This document shows positions 30,722 to 40,089 of a DNA stretch of 64,000 nucleotides, piece after piece. A program made the position numbers and the translations under genes. The stretch comes from Myxococcota bacterium. Lineage in GTDB: Bacteria > Myxococcota_A > SURF-8. The notes below the pieces were generated by a model, which had not been told where the DNA came from, did no database searches, and saw nothing but the letters and a program-made list of their open reading frames with translations. The stretch covers positions 448,001 to 512,000 of the forward strand of contig OZ223209.1 of assembly GCA_965140415.1 (NCBI GenBank), read 5' to 3'. How positions within the stretch are numbered: position 1 is the stretch's first letter; every line of letters begins with the position of its first letter.

Positions 30722-32089
30722 ATGAATTGGATGATTCGTGGGAGTGTGCTCGTTCTGCTGCTGCTATTTCCGGTCGCCGCTCAAGCGGGTTTATACGAAA
30801 AAGTAACGGACGAAGAAGGCGTCAGCTATTATCCGCGCATGTTCGGTGAGGCGTTTACCAATACGCCGGTCTCCAAACAATTAAACCCACCGAAAAAGGA
30901 AACTCCGGAAACAGGAGAGCCCGTTACCGAAGATGTGCAAGTAACGGAAAAGAAAAAGGAAAAAGGTCCACTCTGGAAGATCTTCACCAACAAGCCGAAA
31001 AAAGCCAAATTCTTCGATCCGCGTATCGAACCGGTGTTGTTTGTAAGAGGCAGCTACGTTCACACCTTTGAGGATGTCATCAGCCATACGAACAACGATG
31101 GCACTGCTTTTAACGTAGATTCTTCCAAGATGGACCCTTCCCAGTTCGGGCATCGCGTCGGTTTCGTTCTGGAAAACGTGGAGCTGGGTCTGGCCGGTCG
31201 CTTTAACGGCAGCGGTATCTACTACAAAGCCAAGTTCGAATTGGTTCCAAGAGAAAAAGACGGTAACCGTTCATCCGATTACCTGAAAGATGCTTACCTG
31301 GGCTGGAACCTGTTCAGCATCTTCGATCTGCGCATCGGACGCATGAAAGTCAATTTCAGCCAGGCCAACATGAAAAGCACCGAAGACCGCCCCTTGGTCT
31401 TTTCTCCGGTGCTGGACACCCTGATTCCCAAGCGCCAGTTGGGCATCATGGCGGAACTCAGCGATCCCTGGAAGATCATTCGCGGTCGCGCGGGATTGTA
31501 CAACTCCGTGAAACTCGCCAGCGAACAGATTACCGATGCCGATCAACTGATGCGGGTCTTCCGCCTGGATCTGAACATTTCGAATCTGCTGAAACTGTTC
31601 AATGTCAATCCCTATGATTTAGACCTGAATGTGGGTGCAAGCTATGCCTACGTCAAAGAAAATTTCGATCCCAAGACCGAGCATCGCTGGCAGGGAATCG
31701 ACGCTCGCCTGCATCTGTTGCTCGTTACGATCGAAGGCGAATACGTCGTTAAGGATCATTACGGCACTCCCGATATCAATGGTGCACAGCAAAGCTACCG
31801 TGGCGAAGGTTATCACATCGATGTGACCATCCACGCCTGGCCGGAAGTGATCGATCTGGCTTTCCGCTATGAATTCATGGACGGCAACGACCTGAAGGAA
31901 GACGGATTCAACACGATCATGGCCATTGATGACCTCGTGCCGCAGAAGAAACGCTGGATCACCGGCGGGTTGACCTTCCACGCCACCGATGAAGCCAGCA
32001 TTAGCGTGAATTTCATCCACCGCAAGGAGTTGGAGGGATTCGATTTCGACAACGATGTGATTATTGCAACCACGCAGATCAGCCTGTGA
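30722..32089 (+). CDS. Outer-membrane porin, phosphate-selective OprO/OprP-like
   Basis: Signal peptide, LKDAYLGW...LRIGRMKVNFSQ and amphipathic beta strands. Lies upstream of a phosphatase. Confidence 0.75.
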   Translation: MNWMIRGSVLVLLLLFPVAAQAGLYEKVTDEEGVSYYPRMFGEAFTNTPVSKQLNPPKKETPETGEPVTEDVQVTEKKKEKGPLWKIFTNKPKKAKFFDPRIEPVLFVRGSYVHTFEDVISHTNNDGTAFNVDSSKMDPSQFGHRVGFVLENVELGLAGRFNGSGIYYKAKFELVPREKDGNRSSDYLKDAYLGWNLFSIFDLRIGRMKVNFSQANMKSTEDRPLVFSPVLDTLIPKRQLGIMAELSDPWKIIRGRAGLYNSVKLASEQITDADQLMRVFRLDLNISNLLKLFNVNPYDLDLNVGASYAYVKENFDPKTEHRWQGIDARLHLLLVTIEGEYVVKDHYGTPDINGAQQSYRGEGYHIDVTIHAWPEVIDLAFRYEFMDGNDLKEDGFNTIMAIDDLVPQKKRWITGGLTFHATDEASISVNFIHRKELEGFDFDNDVIIATTQISL

Positions 32090-32115
32090 TCTTTCTCAAC
32101 AAGGAGTAATTCGTT

Positions 32116-33549
32116 ATGAAACTGAAATCGTTGCTTCTATTCTCCGCAACGTTCGTGATTTTCACCCTCTATTCAGCAAGTTGCGAAAAATTTGAACCCA
32201 GACTCGGCAATATCGATGGCGATGATGACATTGCAATAGACGGTGACGAGGAAACAGAATCCATCACCAGTAAGATCGTCTGGCTCAGTGAACTGGATAC
32301 TCCGGTTACGAATGAGGCGCGCCGACCGCGCAATATCCATTTAACCTACCAGCAAGATCCGTCCACCACGATTACGATGCAATGGGCCATCGACGATTCC
32401 GACATCGGGGGAAAATACAATCCTCGTATCTGGGTCGTGAAAAAGGAAGATCTGGACGAGGGGGCCGCAGTCCCGATGCCTTTCGCCGTACAATATACCG
32501 CCGATGGACAATGTGAACCGTATCGCGAGGAAATTTCCTTTAAAAAGAAGAAGCTTACCTTTAAGGAAGTGGAAGGCGATAACGACGTTTTCGTGTTCTG
32601 CGATGCGGAAATCACCGGTCTGGAACCCTACACCGAATATGTTTATCGCGTCGGTGGCTGGGAAGATTTCGATTTCGAAGCCGAAGCATTCGTCAATCCC
32701 GATTTGAGCGAGATGCACAGCTTTAAAACGGGTCGCAGTAAAGGCGACTCCGAAGGCTTCACCTTTATCGCAGCCGGAGACAGTCGTGGCGGGTATGCGG
32801 GTATTGCAGAGAATATCGACACCATGGTCGCATTGGGAGTGGATTTCTGGGTGTTTAACGGCGACATGAACAGCTATGGAACGCAGGAAGAGTGGAACTC
32901 CTGGTTCGAGGCGATGTCACCGGTCGCTCTCAATACACCGATCATGACGGTGCAGGGCAATCACGAAATTTACGCGGACATGTACTATCAGCAATTTTCC
33001 CTGCCGCGTGTCGAAGCGCTGGGGGACTTTGAGGAACATGGCTGGACCTTCGATTACGGTAACACTCGCTTCATCGGCTTGAACTCCAACACGGAAGACG
33101 TAGTCGAAGCGCAAGCCGCCTGGATGGAAAATGAACTCAAAGAAGCCAGCGAAGATGAGGATATCATCTGGAAAGTTGTCATGTTCCACCATCCGGCGTA
33201 CTCGGCCTGCAAGCACGGTTCGACTTCGCGCGTTCAGGACATCTGGCTACCGATATTCGAAAAGTACAACGTAGATCTGACCTTCAGCGGGCACGATCAC
33301 AACTATGAACGCACCTACCCGATTCGCGGCGATCAGGTCGTGGAAGCTGGTGAAGGAGTCGTTCATGTTGTAGCGGGAGGCTTCTTTTCTCCCGGTTACA
33401 GCAACGGTTCCGACTGGTGGACCGCCAGTTCCTCCCATGGCGATTTGAACAACTACGTTGTAATTAGTATCGATGACACCACCTTGACCGCCACTGCTTA
33501 CACCGGTGACGGAGTGGACATCGTAGACGAATTCACCTTGACCAAATAA
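32116..33549 (+). CDS. Purple acid phosphatase-like metallophosphoesterase lipoprotein
   Basis: FN3-like N-domain (GLEPYTEYVYRVG) and motifs GDS, NGD, GNHE, FHHP and SGHDHNYER. Confidence 0.92.
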   Translation: MKLKSLLLFSATFVIFTLYSASCEKFEPRLGNIDGDDDIAIDGDEETESITSKIVWLSELDTPVTNEARRPRNIHLTYQQDPSTTITMQWAIDDSDIGGKYNPRIWVVKKEDLDEGAAVPMPFAVQYTADGQCEPYREEISFKKKKLTFKEVEGDNDVFVFCDAEITGLEPYTEYVYRVGGWEDFDFEAEAFVNPDLSEMHSFKTGRSKGDSEGFTFIAAGDSRGGYAGIAENIDTMVALGVDFWVFNGDMNSYGTQEEWNSWFEAMSPVALNTPIMTVQGNHEIYADMYYQQFSLPRVEALGDFEEHGWTFDYGNTRFIGLNSNTEDVVEAQAAWMENELKEASEDEDIIWKVVMFHHPAYSACKHGSTSRVQDIWLPIFEKYNVDLTFSGHDHNYERTYPIRGDQVVEAGEGVVHVVAGGFFSPGYSNGSDWWTASSSHGDLNNYVVISIDDTTLTATAYTGDGVDIVDEFTLTK

Positions 33550-33576
33550 GCGCGTTTCAGCACTCGCTGATTATTC

Positions 33577-33610
33577 GGCGCGGCGGAAGATTCCGTCGCG
33601 CTATTTTCGT
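33577..33610 (+). terminator. Intrinsic terminator
   Basis: GCGCGGCGGAA-GA-TTCCGTCGCGC followed by TATTTT. Confidence 0.7.
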
Positions 33611-33677
33611 TTATGTTGAAATTAAGCTCTATGGTGTGCTTTGTTGTAGCATCGTCACCTTTCACTACCCCTTACAG

Positions 33678-33706
33678 TTGCCCGAAACCTCAAAGGGCGC
33701 TATAGT
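33678..33706 (+). promoter_or_regulatory. Putative sigma70 promoter
   Basis: TTGCCC-17 nt-TATAGT upstream of 33760. Confidence 0.4.
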
Positions 33707-33759
33707 AGATAAAGAGGTATTAGGGGATCGGCGTTCGTAAATGGCAGGGGTAGATCAGT

Positions 33760-36480
33760 ATGAGATGGAAGCAGTGCTTCACACTCGGTATGGCATGGTT
33801 GCTTGTGCTGTCATGCTTTTTTTTGATAGGCGAGCGACATTCGCTGGCCGCGCCGGGTTCCCAGCAAACGGCGTGGGGCTTGAGCTGGGTGGCGGATTTC
33901 AACAATCTGACTCCCGTGGCCGATCAACCTGCCCTCTACGATCTGATTCTGCTGGAAACCGCTTATTCGGTAGCACGTGACGGCTGGCGGCTGGTGGCGC
34001 TGAATCGTAATGACGGTCAGATTCGCTGGAGCTATCAACCCGGAAAATCCACTCGCAGCAGTAATCTGCTGGCCTATCGAAACGGCATCGCGCTGGCGCT
34101 GAACGATCAGCGAGTCGTCGTGCTCAATCCAAAAACAGGTGAAATCAAAGAACAAATAGAGCTTCCCGAGCGTAACGCAGGTCTGTTGAACCGCTGCGGG
34201 GATAATCTGTGCATGGTAATGGGCGACTTCAAAGCGCCTCACGACAGCGCCATACGCAGCCTGTTTATGCGTTCCTCGCCGCGCAAGGTCTGGGAACCGG
34301 AACTGGCTATTTACAGTCCGGCCAGTAAATCACTGATCAAGCGCTTTCCCTTTCATCGTCATGAAATCCTGCCGGCAGGAATCGCGTTAGAGGGCAATCT
34401 GGTTACGCTGGTTATGCCGGGAGGACCGATTGAAATCTACAATCTGGCCTCCAATTCTTTCATGCCCAGTGGTCGTTATGAAATCATGCGCGCCGATTGG
34501 ATGATCCAGGATAACCGTGTGGTATGGCTGGAAGCGGGCCAGGTTTTCCGCGTCGATCTAAGCAATTCCTCTGTAGCGCTGCCCAGTATGCTTCCCGCAG
34601 GGTCGAGAGAGTTGATTGCGTTACGTTATCCGAACGTGTTTTTCGCCCGACAGCAGAAAGATGGTTATGCGGTCTGGCGGATCGATGTCAAGACCGGAGA
34701 ATCACAACAGATATTTTCCAGCCCGCAATTGTCCGCTCCAACTCATGTGGAACAGGGCAACAGCCTGCTGTTTCTCTCGCGCAACGAAGCGCTGGCCTTC
34801 GACATGCAGAACCAGCAGATTCTGGCGCGTCGCCGCCTGCCCTGGCTGGAAGATACCCTGGCGCGTCCGGTGGCGGTTTCGGCAAACGATGCTCTTGCCG
34901 TAGTGGAGCTGGCGCAAGGCTATCAGATCTTCCGACTGGCCCCCATGGACAAACTTCCGGATTCGGGTCCGCCTCCGACCTTTGGAGAACCGCTGGATGC
35001 AGTCAGTGGCTACAGACTGCTTCAAAATTTGAGCGTCGAGCGACAGTGGGAGGCGGCGCGTACGGCGCTGTCCAATCAAATTCGCAAGCAGGATACCTTT
35101 CCTGCGCGTTGCCATTGCATGGCCGATTACGGCGGGGAGGAAGTCGCCCGGATACGCGCGCACCGCATGCTGCTAAGCCGCAACCGGTATTTCGTACCCT
35201 TGGCGATGGGCGAGTTGGAGCTACTTGAAATGGGGGATGCGTCGCAACTGTTGCAGGATTTGTACTTCGCCACCCAAACCGCGCTGGGGCGCGAACTGGC
35301 GGAATTGAATCCGGCAGCGGAACGCATGGGAAAAAACTGGCCGAAGGACTGGAAACGAGAGGACATTCTGCGTTTCAGTGCCTGGACCCTGCAAAAACTG
35401 GAAGCCTTCGGCTACGAGCAGGTCGCCCCGATTTACCGGAAACAACTGCAAAGCGATAGCTTCGGCTATGCCGAGCAACTCGATTCCTTCCGCTATCTGC
35501 TCGGCCATTACGAGCAGGAAAAGAGCTTATTGAACGACTGGTTTAAGAAACGCTTTCACTGGCAAAACGAGCAGCCGTCACTTGACCGCAGCGTTATCTC
35601 GCCCGATCCGGTACGCTTTCTGGCCACCGCCCGCGATAAACGCCGTGAACTGGGCTTGTTCTTCATGGATTTCCCGGTACGTCACTCCTTGTGGCTGTTC
35701 TTGAAAAAACGTGGAAAATCGAAGGGAAACATCTACTTCACCGGTTATCAGCTTTCTCCCGCGCGCTATCAGTGGCTGATGAAAGAACGGGAGCGACTGG
35801 CCGCGTTGACTCCCAAAAAAGCTGGCAAAAGTACACCGCCCATTAAACTGATTTTAAAAGGAGCCCATGCCATCATCACCTTGAATCGCAGCAAGGGAGA
35901 ACGTTATTTCAAGGTCAAGCTCACAGAAATGACGAGCGATGTGGATCATGACGGCTGGACCGATTTGGAAGAATCGATTATCGGGTTGAACAACAACAAA
36001 GCCGATAGCGATCAAGATGGCATTCCCGATGGTCGGGATGCCAATCCATTGGTGGCATCGCTGGCACAAGAGCGTTTGACCGATGCGCAGCAGATCGCGC
36101 AGGCGGTGATGTTCCATGGTTGTCAGGTAGATCCATTGCCGCCAGAAGATTCCTGGTTGGGTGGAAGACGTTTCCTGCGCAGTATCTGGCTGGATTTCGA
36201 ATCCCTGCCGCCAGTGGAGTTGCCCGGTTGCGGACAGGTATTCATGCCTCCTCGTAAAGGTCTGAAAGCACTGGATATCTGTCGTTTCAAGCCCGTTCTG
36301 GACGACGGTAAAAGCCTGCCGAAATCGCTTACGAAAAAGGGACCGGTGAGTTATTCCGAAGATGGCCAACAGGCCTGGATCGGTTTGCAATGTGGGAATA
36401 AATTCGTTCAGCAACCACAAAAAAACTATAACCTGCAACGTCTGCTTGACCGCTGGATCGTAATCGAACAGTTGCAATAG
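33760..36480 (+). CDS. Secreted hypothetical protein with PQQ-like beta-propeller repeats and a DxDxDG Ca-binding-like motif
   Basis: Signal peptide, LVALNRNDGQIRW and VLNPKTGEI repeats, and DVDHDGWTD.EE...DSDQDGIPDGRD.NP. Confidence 0.7.
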   Translation: MRWKQCFTLGMAWLLVLSCFFLIGERHSLAAPGSQQTAWGLSWVADFNNLTPVADQPALYDLILLETAYSVARDGWRLVALNRNDGQIRWSYQPGKSTRSSNLLAYRNGIALALNDQRVVVLNPKTGEIKEQIELPERNAGLLNRCGDNLCMVMGDFKAPHDSAIRSLFMRSSPRKVWEPELAIYSPASKSLIKRFPFHRHEILPAGIALEGNLVTLVMPGGPIEIYNLASNSFMPSGRYEIMRADWMIQDNRVVWLEAGQVFRVDLSNSSVALPSMLPAGSRELIALRYPNVFFARQQKDGYAVWRIDVKTGESQQIFSSPQLSAPTHVEQGNSLLFLSRNEALAFDMQNQQILARRRLPWLEDTLARPVAVSANDALAVVELAQGYQIFRLAPMDKLPDSGPPPTFGEPLDAVSGYRLLQNLSVERQWEAARTALSNQIRKQDTFPARCHCMADYGGEEVARIRAHRMLLSRNRYFVPLAMGELELLEMGDASQLLQDLYFATQTALGRELAELNPAAERMGKNWPKDWKREDILRFSAWTLQKLEAFGYEQVAPIYRKQLQSDSFGYAEQLDSFRYLLGHYEQEKSLLNDWFKKRFHWQNEQPSLDRSVISPDPVRFLATARDKRRELGLFFMDFPVRHSLWLFLKKRGKSKGNIYFTGYQLSPARYQWLMKERERLAALTPKKAGKSTPPIKLILKGAHAIITLNRSKGERYFKVKLTEMTSDVDHDGWTDLEESIIGLNNNKADSDQDGIPDGRDANPLVASLAQERLTDAQQIAQAVMFHGCQVDPLPPEDSWLGGRRFLRSIWLDFESLPPVELPGCGQVFMPPRKGLKALDICRFKPVLDDGKSLPKSLTKKGPVSYSEDGQQAWIGLQCGNKFVQQPQKNYNLQRLLDRWIVIEQLQ

Positions 36481-36514
36481 CTACAAGATCAGGTCATCTG
36501 ACCCTACACCATAA

Positions 36515-36560
36515 ACACAAACGGCGCGAGAGGAGATCCTCCCGCGCCGCTTCGTTTCTA
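36515..36560. terminator. Terminator between convergent genes
   Basis: CGGCGCG.GAGG...CCTCCCGCGCCG hairpin flanked by A- and T-rich ends. Confidence 0.6.
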
Positions 36561-36581
36561 ACTAAACCGTAGGGCGTCGGA

Positions 36582-38444
36582 TTACAGGGTGACGTCCATG
36601 TGGCTGATGTCTTCGCTCATTGCGACCTTGGCCGTACCTTCGGTGCGCGGCAGAATCGTGTTGATGAAGAAGCTGGCGCTCATCAGTTTGCCGTGATAGA
36701 AGGCCGAATCTTCGCTGGAGCGGACGTGTGCCAGAAGCGCCGCATTGTCGGAGGCGTCCACGCCGGCGTCTTTCAGGCGTCCGTTCAATTTGGCATCGGC
36801 TACGATACCGGCACGCAGCAGCTCACCGGCCATGACCACATCGCCCATCAGTTCCAGGAAGGCAGTGGCGCGGCTGGTGGCCAGTTCCAAGCGGCCAGCC
36901 ATACCCCAGCTACCCAGATTCATCGCCACGGAAACCATGCGGTCCTTGGCGGCCAGGAAGGTGTCTACCAAACCCGCCAGCGAGGCGCATTCTTTGGCCT
37001 GTCCGGCGATGGCGTCCAGTTCGGCGACGTAAGACATGAAGACCATGCCCTTTTTCATGCCCAGCTTGCGGCCCATCAGATCCATGGCCTGAATGCTGTT
37101 GGTGCCTTCGTAGATACAACCGATTTTGGAATCGCGCATGTGCTGTTCCACCGGATAATCCGCCGTGTAGCCGTAGCCGCCGTAAACCTGAATCGCCATG
37201 GAGGTCATTTCCACGCCGCGGTCGGTGCAGTAGGCTTTGCAGATCGGGGTCAGCAGTTCCACGAAGCCCTGGTACTTGGCCAGTTCTTCATCGGATTGCG
37301 CGGTGTGAACGCGGTCGTGGCAGTAGGCTGTGAACAGCAGCAGCGAACGCATACCTTCGCCCCAGGCTTTCATGGTCAGCAGTTGACGGCGAACGTCGGG
37401 ATGATCGATGATGGCCACGCGCGGCGCGTCGGGGTTTTTGAATTCCTTGATCGAGGAACCCTGCACACGGTCACGGGAATAGCTCAGCGCGTTCTGATAG
37501 GCGGCGTTGGAGAGCGAGCAGCCCTGCAAACCGACTTCGATACGGGCTTCGTTCATCATGTGGAACATCTGGCGGATGCCGTCGCCTTCGTTGCCCAGCA
37601 GCCAACCGCGGCACTGGCCGTTTTCGCCGAAGGCCAACTGGCAGGTGGCGCTACCCTTGATGCCCATTTTGTGTTCGATGCCCACGCAGGAGACATCGTT
37701 GAATTCGCCGTTGTTGCCGTTTTCGTCGATGCGCAGCTTGGGAACCACGAACAGCGACAGGCCCTTGGTGCCTTTAGGAGCGCCGGGCGTACGAGCCAGC
37801 ACGAGGTGGATGATGTTGTCGGACAGATCGTGATCGCCGCCGGTGATGAAGATCTTGGTGCCTTCGATCATGTAGTAGTCTTCGCCCTCGACCTTTTCGG
37901 CCTTGGTTTTGGCGTTACCCACATCGCTGCCTGCGCCCGGTTCGGTCAGCACCATGGTGCCGCCCCATTCGCCGCTATACAGCTTGGGAATGATCGTTTG
38001 TTTCATGTAGTCGTTGCCGAATTTTTCCAGCACGTGCGCCACGCCGACGGCCAGCAGGGTGTACAGGTAGAAGGAACAGTTGGCGCCGGTGAAGATGTCG
38101 CCCAGTGCGGTGCCCATCGCTGCGGGCAGGCCCTGGCCTTCGTATTCCTGAGCGCCGGTAGCCGCCATCCAGCCGCCTTCGCCGAAGGCTTTCCAGGCTG
38201 CCGGGAAGGGAGCCGGGGTGATGACTTTGCCGTTTTCCAGTTTCGCACCGGTGCGGTCGCCTTCGACGTTGCTGCTTGCCAATTCGCTTTTTGCAAACTT
38301 GACCGCTTCATTGACGATCATTTCGAAATCTTCGCGAGCAAAATCCGTGAACGGTTCTTTGTCGCACAGATCCTGAATTTTCAAAATTTCGAACAGACGA
38401 AAAGCAAGATCTCGTTCGTCGTAAACATAATCGGTAGCAGACAT
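36582..38444 (-). CDS. Acyl-CoA dehydrogenase
   Basis: GTMVLTEPGAGSDV, GTKIFITGGDHD, EHKMGIKGSATC, QVYGGYGY and IYEGTN.IQA.DL motifs. Confidence 0.96.
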   Translation of the reverse strand: MSATDYVYDERDLAFRLFEILKIQDLCDKEPFTDFAREDFEMIVNEAVKFAKSELASSNVEGDRTGAKLENGKVITPAPFPAAWKAFGEGGWMAATGAQEYEGQGLPAAMGTALGDIFTGANCSFYLYTLLAVGVAHVLEKFGNDYMKQTIIPKLYSGEWGGTMVLTEPGAGSDVGNAKTKAEKVEGEDYYMIEGTKIFITGGDHDLSDNIIHLVLARTPGAPKGTKGLSLFVVPKLRIDENGNNGEFNDVSCVGIEHKMGIKGSATCQLAFGENGQCRGWLLGNEGDGIRQMFHMMNEARIEVGLQGCSLSNAAYQNALSYSRDRVQGSSIKEFKNPDAPRVAIIDHPDVRRQLLTMKAWGEGMRSLLLFTAYCHDRVHTAQSDEELAKYQGFVELLTPICKAYCTDRGVEMTSMAIQVYGGYGYTADYPVEQHMRDSKIGCIYEGTNSIQAMDLMGRKLGMKKGMVFMSYVAELDAIAGQAKECASLAGLVDTFLAAKDRMVSVAMNLGSWGMAGRLELATSRATAFLELMGDVVMAGELLRAGIVADAKLNGRLKDAGVDASDNAALLAHVRSSEDSAFYHGKLMSASFFINTILPRTEGTAKVAMSEDISHMDVTL

Positions 38445-38481
38445 CGTCGACCTCCTGGTTGGGAAACATGAATTTTATTAA

Positions 38482-38501
38482 ATGAATGACCGCTCATTCG
38501 A
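38482..38501. promoter_or_regulatory. TetR-type (FadR/YsiA-box-like) operator
   Basis: ATGAATGACCGCTCATTCGA palindrome about 38 bp upstream of the acyl-CoA dehydrogenase start. Confidence 0.6.
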
Positions 38502-38573
38502 AAGCCAGCACTACCATTAATCGAATAAACTGGCAACTACTAATCCAATTTTTTACAAAAGGGAGGAGAATCA

Positions 38574-38670
38574 CAAGGATTTGCAAACCTGGCTGATTTC
38601 AGGGCAGGGTGGCGCGGGCCAGGCCGCAGGCTTGCCCGTGCTCAAGAGCAACATGAGCTCCGATTCTCTT
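38574..38670 (+). repeat. Dispersed palindromic repeat family A, copy 4 (degenerate)
   Basis: TTGCAAACC...TGATTTCAGGG...GGTGGCGCGGGCC...GCTTGCCCGTG, with small indels relative to copy 1. Confidence 0.85.
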
Positions 38671-38680
38671 GACGGAAAAA

Positions 38681-39832
38681 TCAGCGGGTTTGGTTGCGAT
38701 AGCTTACCACGCGCGGGCATTCAGGATCGGGGGCGCGATCCTCCCCGCAAAGATAGCGCGTCACCGCGCGGCAACCGCCATTGCATAAGTCCAGATAGTC
38801 GCAACTCGCGCAGGGTTCGGGGGCATTGTCACGCCAGTTTCGCAAAGCTTGCAATTCCGGGCTGTCGGTCCAATTTTCGGGCAGCGAACGCGCCTGCACG
38901 CCGAAAGGTTCCAAAAAGCTGCATCCGGCGACTTGTCCATTGGGTTGTACGCCGATCAGATGATTCCCCGCTTCGCAGCCCAATACCCCGAAAAACTCCA
39001 TGGTGTTTCGATCCGGAGCATGACTGGCGATCATGGGCACGAAGGAGCAATCCACCTTGATCGAAACTCCCAATCGTTTGGCAAGCTTGCGAATGGTCGG
39101 GTAAAAGTCTCTGGCCTGTTGCGGCGTAAGCGCGTGTTCTTCGTATTTTGTGCGACCCCTGCCGAAAGGCTTGAAACGCAGCAGTTCCACATCGTGAAGT
39201 TTCAATTTTCGCGCCAACCGGACCATCTCGCCGATGCCGTCATAGCTTCGCCGACTGACTACCATGTTGATGCCGCAGCGCACCCGAGCGGCTCTCAAGC
39301 GCTTTAATGCTGCGATGGCCTGTTCGGGACGGATGCCGCGCCCGGTTACGGATACCGGGCTGAGATCGTCGAGTGAAACGTTGACCTGTCCGAATATGCG
39401 GCAGGCGCGAGCAACTTTTTCCGTAACGAACAAACCGTTGGTCGTCAGATTCGGAACGACGCCACGTGAGCGCGCATAGGCAGCCAACTCGAAAAGATCC
39501 TCGCGCTCCAGCGACTCACCCCCGCCCATCGCCACGTGAAACACGCCGAATTCCGCTAGCTTATCAATCGCTTCCTTCCAGCCCGCCGTGTCCAGCTCAT
39601 CCGCATCCGGCTTGGGGGTCGCCGCCACATAGCAATTTGCGCAACCTGCCGAGCAGCGCCGGGTGACTGTCAGATGGGCTTCGATTGGCGCGCTCAAAAT
39701 CCGACTTTCCGTCTGCCAGAGCGGGTGAGCGGGCAGACCCCAGCGAGTCAGCGCGTCTTTGTCGACGTAGACCAGCATGGGTGGGCGAGTGAAGGCGGCT
39801 ATCGCGCCGAATGGTTCGTAGCGAAGTTTCAT
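38681..39832 (-). CDS. Radical SAM/SPASM domain protein (PqqE/MftC-like)
   Basis: CSAGCANC, GGGE and TTNG motifs, plus SPASM cysteines CEAG...GC...CASCDYLDLCNGGC...PDPEC. Start is 39832 or 39877. Confidence 0.9.
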   Translation of the reverse strand: MKLRYEPFGAIAAFTRPPMLVYVDKDALTRWGLPAHPLWQTESRILSAPIEAHLTVTRRCSAGCANCYVAATPKPDADELDTAGWKEAIDKLAEFGVFHVAMGGGESLEREDLFELAAYARSRGVVPNLTTNGLFVTEKVARACRIFGQVNVSLDDLSPVSVTGRGIRPEQAIAALKRLRAARVRCGINMVVSRRSYDGIGEMVRLARKLKLHDVELLRFKPFGRGRTKYEEHALTPQQARDFYPTIRKLAKRLGVSIKVDCSFVPMIASHAPDRNTMEFFGVLGCEAGNHLIGVQPNGQVAGCSFLEPFGVQARSLPENWTDSPELQALRNWRDNAPEPCASCDYLDLCNGGCRAVTRYLCGEDRAPDPECPRVVSYRNQTR

Positions 39833-40089
39833 GGCGCGAGCATACTCGCCGATCGAGAATGGGTCAATGACTATCAAGCATTTCCCGAATTTGTCTCCCT
39901 ATGAAAATAAGGAAACCGTTTGGTGCAATTTATTGCTTGACGACGAAAAGCAGGAAGCTACAATCAATGTAGATCAATTGGCCGCTTTACGTTGAGAATG
40001 GATTTCTTTCCGGAATACCCAAATCGATACGGCCATCGAACGTGTTTGGAATACATCGTTTTTCTGGAACATCACCAAAGGAGATTCGC

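Noticed and set aside
36600-38471. 623-aa antisense ORF over the acyl-CoA dehydrogenase
   Set aside because: Shadow ORF caused by strong codon bias on the coding strand.
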